This document shows positions 47,315 to 64,000 of a stretch of DNA of 64,000 bases, piece by piece. The stretch is from assembly GCF_009914755.1 (NCBI RefSeq), contig NC_060926.1; one strand, 5' to 3'. The notes under the pieces are model-generated. The model worked only from the letters and a program-made list of their open reading frames with translations, did no database searches and was not told where the DNA came from. Position numbers and translations under genes: made by a program. Numbering within the stretch: position 1 is the first letter of the stretch; every line of letters starts with the position of its first letter. Origin of the DNA: the human T2T-CHM13v2.0 reference genome, Homo sapiens.

Positions 47315-47935
47315 GTAAGCAAGAGTTATTGTCAAAGATACTTACTGTTGTTTTGGTTTTTAATGAGTAAATAAAGTTAATACATAAACAAGTTTGGAAA
47401 TCAAATAGTTTTGAAAAACTTGTCAATGAAAGCAACTGTCTCCTGTCACACTATTACGCATCATTATTCCTACTCTCCAGAGGCAATTATTAAAACTCTT
47501 CTAGCTGTATTTCCCATTAGTTTCAAAGTATACCACAATCTATATCTTGATATAAATATTTATATTTTTATATGTATCAGATGTTCACATGGGCACTTTC
47601 TCCCTCCATGTAGTCATGTCATTGCTTTTAATATTTATTATTCCACAATCCCTTTACCCCCTATTGTGTAAGAGGAAGATACTAATATTTTTATCCCTTC
47701 TCTAAGCTGTGCTCCTTATACTGTTCCAGCTTTTATCGTTCATACTTTTAAATTACATTTATGTTTTACTTTTACATCAAGGATAGATTTTACTTGGATT
47801 TCTTGGCCATAATTGAGTCCATCAGATTTTGTCTGGTATTCTAAAAGCTGAGAATCAGGGTACTGTTTACAATAAGATGTCTCTATCAGAATAGTACAGA
47901 GCCTAGGTGTTTACTTTTGTACACTAGACAGGGAC

Positions 47936-48390
47936 TGTTAGCGCAAAGACCTCTGGCATCAAACTCAAATTCTGACACATCCAGTTACTTTAAACATAGC
48001 CCACTACGTATATTTTTAGCCATTTCTGCTTTATATATCCCATGAAACTGCACCCTAACATCTACTGGCCATAGATAAGGCAAGCTCTGTAGATTAAAGG
48101 ACCCCAAAACCACTGCTGCCTTTCTGAATTCTCTGACTCAGATCCCTCACACTTAACTGCTGAATGCCATCCCCTAGGCACTTAAGCCCCCTCTCAGGTT
48201 CCCCTCTTTACTGAGAGTTTCCTTGCCCTCCTCCCCATCTGGTGGTAGCCTTGCAGCTGCTGTCTCTGGAAGGTCACCTGCTATGAAGGACCACCCCTAT
48301 CAGGCAACCCTTTCCAAACACTGCTCGATAAAGCCTGTTCTGTGGTACATTTTCTTGATCAGCTCGGAAGTCCTGGAACTCACAACTGGT
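47936..48390 (+). mobile_element. Probable old solo LTR (family not identified)
   Basis: Starts TGTTAG, GC-richer than the flanks, polyA-like gataaagcctg near the 3' end; no clear TSD. Confidence 0.35.
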
Positions 48391-48841
48391 ATTACATTTC
48401 CTTTCTTTTTAGCTATTTGTTTTTGTTCTAGAGTTCTTGGCTTCCCCATCTCACATACCCCACACATCCCTTTAAATTACCTGCCTTTGTCTTCTCCTCA
48501 AGCTTTTTTAAGTTATCAAGGGTTACATTAAATGGTCCTTCTGTTCCCTGTGGAACTGTTTGCTGCACAGGTTGCTTTCCAGCTTTTATCTTGAGACTTC
48601 CCTTTCCTGTGTTCTCAGCTAGGGTCCTGCGTGGTCCTCCCATGGTTTCCTTTTTCTTTGTCCTCCCTGCCCCCGCTAACTGCCTAAGTAAAGAAAGTAA
48701 CTGCCTAAGAAAAGTAATTTGTTTGAATGCTTAAATGCCTTAAAATGATTTTTTTGTCTTTTATTCTTTCTTGATAATTAGGCTGAGGATAGAATTTTAG
48801 GTTGAAAATTATTTCCCTCAAAAAATTGAAAGTAGTATTTC

Positions 48842-54360
<5,519 letters not shown>

Positions 54361-54660
54361 GAAGGTAGTATTTCATTTAGTTTTGCATCTGGGTGTTCTT
54401 GCTAGGGACTCTCTGAGAGACTTGAGTTGAACACCTTTACGGTTGTCCCTTGATGCGTGAAGAACCTCAGGCAATTATCTTCCAATTTTTTGGGTGTTAA
54501 ATCCCCTCATACCTCCAGCTTGTCCTGTGGGCAAATGTAACATGCTTCCTGGCCTAAGAATGCTTTAGGCAGAGAGATAAAGAAAGCTCCTTTTCTGCCT
54601 TTTTATAAGGTTGTCTTGAGAGTTAATTAATACTTGTAAAGCACTTAGAAGAATACTTAG

Positions 54661-55486
<826 letters not shown>

Positions 55487-55903
55487 GAGTTGAAAACCAT
55501 CGTCAGTGTTTTTCTTTATGGCTGTTTTTTTTAAGCTTTATGGTCGTTCCTATGTCTAGTTCCTATGCTGCTGCTCTGCTTTAACACTGGAACAATTTTC
55601 CCTAGACCTAAAGAATCTCTTACACCATAATCGAGACCTATCAAATACATAGATTTCATTTTCCTTAACATTTTTAATGTCTGATATGTGCAACCTCAAT
55701 TTTGTCTGAGATTTGCTTTTGAAATATGTACTGTGTTTTTCTGTTTCCTGTCTTTTGATGGGCATTGCAAGTTACGTTTACCGTCCTGTCAATTTTTAGT
55801 TCAGGAGTTAGATGGTTAAATGTATTTGAAATAAAAACAATTTTTTTCATATTTAGAGAACATTTGTTTGTAATTTGGCTTTTATTCTCTTATTATATTA
55901 TAG

Positions 55904-55973
55904 GCCGAAGATAACCAGATTGGATTTTAAGAAGAATAAATTAACCTTGGTGGTTGTAGAAGATGATGATCAG
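55904..55973 (+). CDS. EPB41L5: EPB41L5 exon (~11): [23 protein letters not shown]
   Basis: tatag|g...cag|gtagga; 70 nt, phase 2-0; FERM-C WPKI motif across the junction. Confidence 0.96.
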
Positions 55974-56249
55974 GTAGGAATAAAATTATATTCTATTACT
56001 TGTGTAACAGTGACTGTATTATGTGGTAACTTATTTCTCTAAAAGAGGGAATGTACCTCATTGTTTTAAAGAGCCACAGAATGCAAACAGTATAATTAAT
56101 GCTTTAAATAATTTCCTTACTTGGGTCATACCATGCTAAAAATATGGTTTTCTGCCCTTAGGATGAAAAATAATATAAAAGTGTCTTCTTGTTTCCTCAT
56201 TGATCGTATATCTGAGGTGTATAAAAAATTACATTTAAGTGAGCCAGCC

Positions 56250-58690
56250 AGTCACCCAGGCTGGAGGGCAGTGGCACTGTCATAGCTCACTGTAACCTTC
56301 ACCTTCTGGGCTCAAGTGATCCTCCTGCTCACTCAGCCTCCTGAGTAGCTGGGACTGCAGGCACATGCCACCACCACGCCTGGCTGATTTTTTCATTTAT
56401 TTGTAGAGATGGGATCTCAGTATGTTGCCAAGGTTGCTCTCAAACTCCTGGCCTTAAGTAATCCTCCCATCTTAGCTTCTCAGCATGTTGAGATTACAGG
56501 AGTAAACCATTGTGGCAGACCAACTTTATCTCTTTATTAACTGATCAAAAAGATCTACCTAATAATAATAAAGCCTTTTGAATTAAAGATTACCTTTGTA
56601 TCAGTTACAGTGTGGTTCTTAATTGATACATGCTTGGATGCAACTCACATGCATTGTTCTTAATGCAAGAAGCCAGATTTAAAAAATTATGTATTGAATG
56701 ACTCCATTTATCTGATACTTTAGAAAAGGCAAGAAGAATTTTACTTTATGCAAATTAATAAATTTTAACATATGCATACAGATACAGATAAAAGCAGTTT
56801 GAGCAAAATGTTAACAGTTGTTGAGTCTAGACACTATGTATATGGGTATTCAGTTTTTCTGTATGTTTAAACATTTTTATAACGATGAAAATTTTTTTTT
56901 TGAATCCAGTTCTTTCATTTTCCTCTGCTCAGTAATTTGACTGCTATACTTTTCCTGTTTTAAACACACAATGGGATACTATGCAGCCATAAAAAAGAAT
57001 GAGATCTTTTTTGCGGGACCATGGATGGAGCTGGAGGATATTATCCTTAGCAAAGTAATGCAAGAAGAGAAAACCAAATACTACATGCTCTTACTTACAA
57101 GTGGGAGCTAAATGATAAGAACTTATGAACACAAAGAAGGCAACAGCGGACACTGGGATCTACTTGAGTGGGGAGGGTGGGAAGAGGGAGAAGAGTAGAA
57201 AAGATAACTAACTGAAAGATAACTGGACTTAATACCTGGGTGATGAAATAACATGTGCAATAAACCACCATGACACGTGTTTACCTATGTAACAAACCTT
57301 CTCTTGTACCCCAAACCCAAAATAAAAGTTAAAAAATAAAAAAGAGTGCTGCTCTGAACACTAAGGTGTATGTATATTTAGCTTTTGTAGGTACTGCCAA
57401 ACCTCTTTCCAAAGTATTTAATACGAGTTTATACTCCCACCAGCAATGTTATTGGTGTTTTTTTCTTTTTTGCTAATGTTTGGAATTCTGTCTTTTTCAT
57501 TGTAGCCATTCTTGTGGAGTAGAATGTGGTTTTAGTTTGTGTTCCCCTAATGACAACTCTGGTTTAGTACTTATCTGTGTAGTTATTGGATATGTGGATA
57601 TCTTCTTTATGAAATGCCTACTCAAATCTTTTGCTTATTTTTCTATTAGGTCATGTGCCTTTTAGTCATTGAAAAAATTCTTTGTATGTTCTGGATATTA
57701 ATTCTCTGTCAGATATTAGTGTTGCAAGTATCGTCTACTCCTTGTTTTGCCCTTTTTCCACCACTTTTATTTTTAGATGACATATAATAATTGTACATAT
57801 TTATTGCATACAGAGTGATATTTTGATACATGTATACAATGTGTAATTATCAAATCAGGGTAATTAGCGTATCCATCTTTACTGTCTTAATAGTGTCTTT
57901 AAATAACCTGAAAAGTACCAAAAATTATAAAATAGATAACCATCTTATTAATGATCTAGATTTAACATTTTTTACATTTTGCTTCAGATCTCTTTTAGAG
58001 AAAGATAAATACAATTATGTGCATGAATAAATAATACCAACTAAAGTCTAACCCCCTGACTACCTACCCCCTTTCTTCTGGTACCTGGTCACCAATTTTG
58101 GAGGGTATTATTCTCATATATATTTCGTAACTTTTTCCAAATATTAACTCATGTTAGAATTGTTTTAAAAACTTGCATAATTATATATATTTGCAGCTTG
58201 CCTGTTTTATCTAAACGTGTACCTATGTAGATCTAACATATATATATGCTATTGTGTAATATGAATAAACAATAGCACATTCATTCATTCATCATTTATT
58301 CATTTATCCCTCTGCATAATTTTTTACATATGCCTCTATTTACTTGACCATTTCTCTTTTTTTGGACGTTTAGGGTTTGTACCAAGTTTTACTATTATAA
58401 ATGAGACTGAGGAAATATACATCTTCATATATAACTTTTGATGTTTAGGAAATAATTTTCCCCAGAGAGGCAGTATAACTTAGTTGTTAGAGGTGTATGT
58501 AGATTCTGGAGCAAGACTAATGGTTAAGTTCATTTCCGGTTTTCTTTCTTAATAGCTTTGTGATTTTGGGCTTAATTTCTTTGAGCCTCAGTTTCCTTAT
58601 CTATGAAATGGGGCTAATGATAGTATCTACTCATTGAGATAATTTATGTGAAATCCTTAGAAAAATTTCTATATGAATGTTAACTATTAT
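56250..58690. mobile_element. AluJ (56250-56520 -), L1P 3' fragment (~56965-57343 +), old L1M pieces, MIR (~58465-58690)
   Basis: tactatgcagccataaaaaagaatgag L1 motif; gagcctcagtttccttatctatgaaatggg MIR core. Confidence 0.75.
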
Positions 58691-59078
58691 AATTAGACTC
58701 ATGGCAGTGTGATTACTATGACAAAAATGTGAGCATTTTTAGGGCTGTTGATGCATACTGCCAGATCTGATATGATTCCTCAAATTATAATTATACAATT
58801 ATCCCAAATAATGGCAGATAAAATCTCATTTTATGTCTCTCTCACAAATGAGATCATGTAAGTAGAGGGGAATAACTCCTAGGAATAATTTTGTATTGGC
58901 TGATAAAATGAGCAACTTGATTTCAGCTCTGCCCTTATTATGTTGATACTATAAAGAGTGTCTGAATTTCAGGGAGCACACTAGATCCTTTATTCATGGA
59001 TGTGTTTGTATCTCAGAAATAGGAGATAGGACTGTTTGAATTAGTAATCATCCTTTTATATATACTTTTCTTTTTCAG

Positions 59079-59248
59079 GGCAAAGAACAGGAACATACAT
59101 TTGTCTTTAGACTGGATCATCCAAAAGCATGCAAACATTTATGGAAATGTGCTGTGGAGCATCATGCTTTCTTCCGCCTTCGAGGCCCCGTCCAAAAGAG
59201 TTCTCATCGATCAGGATTTATTCGACTAGGATCACGATTTAGATATAG
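59079..59248 (+). CDS. EPB41L5: EPB41L5 exon (~12): [56 protein letters not shown](S)
   Basis: tttcag|ggc...ag|gttaat; 170 nt, phase 0-2; [14 protein letters not shown] and GSRFRYSG (FERM end / FA domain). Confidence 0.97.
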
Positions 59249-60286
59249 GTTAATTTTAATTGCTGTTTTATCTGTCTTTCATTGCATACAGGCCAAAAAA
59301 TTTAGGCCAATCTTCTCTTTTTTACAGATATGGTAACTAAGGTATAGAGGAATAAGGTGGTTTGCCAGAGTCTTCCATTGGCCAAAATAAAATAGAAAAA
59401 GTGGTATTGTTATTGGTTATAATTTCTTGAATAGATGCGTAAACAGTAATTGTATAATGGCTTTTATATCCCTCTGGATGTTTACTTTATATATTAACCC
59501 ACTCCCAGTTTATCTATTTAACAAGAGTTTTATGGACTCTCCACCCACCACTGGATACCATATAGAAAAGGGTTTCTTGCACTGAATGGGATATTAGTCT
59601 GGATAACATTTGTGGTCCTTTATAAACCTGAAGGTCATTATTCTCATGACTCCTTGTTTGTTGTCATGAGTTAGAAATGTTTTGGTTTACTGCAGAGTGG
59701 ATTATTGGTTGTGAGTTTTCTGCATGCCATGGAAATCAGTTAAAGAAGGAATGGATTGTACCAATAATGTGGCCAGTTGATTGTGTGGAGTTAATAGAAG
59801 TAGTACTGTAGTCTACTTATATTAAAAGTAAGGAGGCATTTTCTAAACAGAATTTAAATGGAAATCAAGGAGAATAAGACAGTAGTCTTAAAAAACATTT
59901 CTGGAAAATTATACTGAAAAGTGAATATCACAATTAGAAAAAGTAACTGAAAATATTCTTTTAATTACACACTTTGCACTGAGGAATGTAGATGGGAAAG
60001 AGAGGGAGTTTCCATAAAAGGACAGATATTTCAAACTTATTTAATGTGTACTTAGGTGATATGCATGCATATGAGAAAAATAAAACCAACATAATCTGTT
60101 GCATATTTCACAAAAGCCGAAAGAATGATATGGTAAAGAGAGAGATCGAGACTATTAGTAGCTGTTCCTGTGCAATGAAGTTTAGGATGATTCTTTTAAG
60201 GAGAACCTGAATGTGGACTGTCTTATTTGTGTGTGTTTATTACTGTAGACCTAAAATTTCCCTTACTTCTGTTATGCCTCATTTAG

Positions 60287-60393
60287 TGGGAAAACAGAGT
60301 ATCAGACCACAAAAACCAATAAAGCAAGAAGATCAACATCCTTTGAAAGAAGGCCCAGCAAACGATATTCTAGACGAACTCTACAAATGAAAG
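60287..60393 (+). CDS. EPB41L5: EPB41L5 exon (~13), FA domain: [35 protein letters not shown]
   Basis: tttag|t...g|gtgaag; 107 nt, phase 2-1. Confidence 0.95.
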
Positions 60394-60737
60394 GTGAAGT
60401 GCAACCCTCTTTCAAAGGATTATTTTTCCTTGGCAATTAATTATGTGCTGGTGTTGTTTCCATAAGAGGAAGTTACCTGAATCTCCTCCTCAGGTCTGTT
60501 CCAGTCAACTAAAGTACTTTTCTGGCAGAATCAATTTCATGGGATACACAGAGAAAAATTGCCTGTATTGTTAGCAGAGATTAAACTTTATGTTAATCCC
60601 AATTCAAATGATAGTCTGAGGTTATGTTCAGTTTTTGTATACAAAACTGTTTCTGTAGAGCAACATATTCTCTCCCTTTTTGACTTACAGATCTCATTCT
60701 AAAACATCCCTTAATCCCCTTAGGAATTTTTAAAAAC

Positions 60738-61847
<1,110 letters not shown>

Positions 61848-61976
61848 TCAAAGAAATAAATTTATGGTTGTGAAACATGGCTTGTAAAGCAATTAGTTAA
61901 AGTTTTGCTTTGAATAGTGCAGCAGTTTATCATGTAAGATGAAACTAATGAGGTGTTATCTTTTTTCTTCTGTTAG

Positions 61977-62004
61977 CATGTGCTACAAAACCTGAAGAAC
62001 TTAG
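61977..62004 (+). CDS. EPB41L5: EPB41L5 small exon (~14): (A)CATKPEEL(S)
   Basis: tgttag|ca...ag|gtaagt; 28 nt, phase 1-2; matches the recalled protein MKACATKPEELS. Confidence 0.9.
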
Positions 62005-62339
62005 GTAAGTAATGTTTTGCAACTTAGGAATTGGTATAGAATTTGGGATTTATGTAGTTGCTATCATTAAACAAATATTTAAGACCTATCAAAATGTCAA
62101 GTTGTCCGTAAAGCACCAGGGATATGTCAGGGAATAAATGAACATGTAATGCCAGATAAAATTGACATGATGAAAAATTAAAGCAGTTTAAGGAAGTAAA
62201 GAATGGGGTCGAGGCAGATGAGCCATTCATAAAGAGAATGACATACCTTTGTTATTGGCAAGTGGCTGAGGATCTTAAGATAAATTATGATCCTTATACA
62301 TAAGAAGCACAAAGGAGAAAGGTTGATTTGCAAATAGGC

Positions 62340-64000
62340 AATTTTCTTCCTGGGATAAATCCCACTTGGTTGTGGTGTATAGACCTTCTTTATGTTATAT
62401 GTTGCTGGATTTCATTAGCCTGGTATGTTTTTGGATTTGTGTGTCTATTCATCAGAAATATTGGCCTGTAGTTTTCTTATAATGTCATTGTCTGGTTTTT
62501 TATGTAGGGTGGGTAATACTGGCTTTACAAAATAAGTTTGTATATGTTCCCTCCTCATCTATTTCTTGGGAAGAATTTGTAAATAATGGGTATTAATTAT
62601 TTAAATGTATGGTAGAATTCACCATTAAAGCCATCTTTCTCTTTATGTGAATCTTAAAAATTCTTATGAGAGATCTGTTCAGATTTTCTTTTCTTCTCTT
62701 TTTTTTTGTTGGGGTGGGGGTAGGGGACGTGCAGGGCCTAGCTCTTTCACCCAGGCTGCAGTACAGCAGCTTGAGCATGGCTTGGCTCACTGCAGCCTCT
62801 CCCTCCTAGGCTCAAGTGATCATCCCACCTCTGCCTCCCAAGTAGCTGGGACTACAGGCACTTGCCATCATGCATGGCTAATTTTTAAATTTTTTGTAGA
62901 GATGGGGCCTCCCTGTATTGCCCAGGCTGGTCTCAAACTCCTGGGCTCAAGCAATCCTCCTGCCTCTGCCTCCCGTCTTGCTGGGATTACAGGCGTGAGC
63001 CACAGCACCAGGCCCTCCCGGATTCTCTTTTTCTTCTTGATTCAGTTTGGGAGTTTGTATCTTTCTAGAGTTTTATCTCTTTTATCTGTGGTATCTAGTT
63101 TGTGGGGATACAGTTTGTATTCCCTTTTCCTTTGTATTTCTAAAAGTTCCATAGTAATATCTCCTCCTTCCTTTCTGATTTTTAGTATTTTGAGTTTTTT
63201 TTTTTCTTGCAAAAAAAAAAACTAGTCTAGCAAAAGGTTTGTCAATTTTGTTGACGTTTTCAAATAGAAAAGCTTTTGGTTTCATTGATTTTTCTGTTTT
63301 TCTGTTTCATTAATTTTTGCTCTATATTATTTTTTCCTTCCACTTTAGGTTTAGTTTGCTGTTTTTCTAGTATTTAAGGTGGAAGATTAGGTTATCTGAG
63401 ATCTTTATTTTTTAACATTTAAAGATATTAAATTTCCTTTCAAGCACTGCTTTAATTCAATAAGTTTTGCTATGTTGTGTTCTTGTTTTTTGGTTACCTC
63501 AATTTATTTTCTAACTTGTGATTTCTTCTTTGACTTGTTTGATTACTTAGGAGTGTGTTGCTAAATTTCCTTGTATTTGTGAATGTCAAAATTTTATTTT
63601 TTTCTAATTTTATTCCATAATGGGTAGAGGACATACTTTGTATGATTTCAATCCCTTTAAACTTATTGAGACTTTTTTTATGGCCCCTCCATATGAGTCA
63701 CCCAGGAAAATAGTTTATGTGTACTTAAGAAGAGTATATATTTTGCTGTTTCTGAGTGGAGTGTTTCATAGATGTCTGTTAGTTTATTGTGTTCAGATCT
63801 TCTGTTTCATTGTTCATCTTTTGCCTAGTTTTAATCCGTTATTGAGAGTGGAGTATTGTAGTCTACAACTATTGTCTATTTCTTCCTTCAGTTCTTTCTG
63901 TTTTTGTTTCATGTATGTTGTGGATTTGGGGTAGGTATGTATGTGTTGTTAATTGTTATATTATCCTGATGGACTGTTCCTTTTTATCTCTAGTAACTTT
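62340..64000 (-). mobile_element. Old L1M ORF2 fragment with inserted AluJ (~62690-63013)
   Basis: gggataaatcccacttggttgtggtg and ggtttgtcaattttgttga are reverse L1 ORF2 motifs. Confidence 0.8.

Noticed and set aside
48676-48718. Short direct repeat taactgcctaag
   Set aside because: An ordinary micro-duplication with no supporting structure.
62647-63225. 192-aa ORF and the many other Alu-like ORFs (e.g. 29729-30154, 8203-8550)
   Set aside because: They are translations of Alu or L1 sequence with no splice or domain support.

Overview
Primate (very likely human, since a pristine AluYa5 is present) intragenic DNA from EPB41L5, the FERM-domain Yurt/Moe/Lulu1 orthologue, on the + strand. Twelve internal coding exons (approximately exons 3-14; 998 nt, all GT-AG and phase-compatible) encode most of the FERM domain and the FERM-adjacent region. 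The rest is intron dense in retrotransposons: three large L1PA elements, older L1M fragments, more than 30 Alu/FLAM/FAM copies, LTRs, a MADE1 MITE and hAT relics. Nearly all ORFs in the supplied track are L1 or Alu artefacts. I see no new gene system. The strongest unexplained signal is a pair of minus-strand L1s about 34 kb apart that have separate insertion sites but share many non-consensus changes, including the same ORF2 frameshift. Several short templated insertions of L1 sequence also occur, among them a perfect 40-bp inverted copy of a neighbouring L1 5' end and an ORF1 snippet inside an ORF1-less L1. Repeat subfamily calls, consensus comparisons and exon numbers are from memory, and repeat boundaries are approximate.
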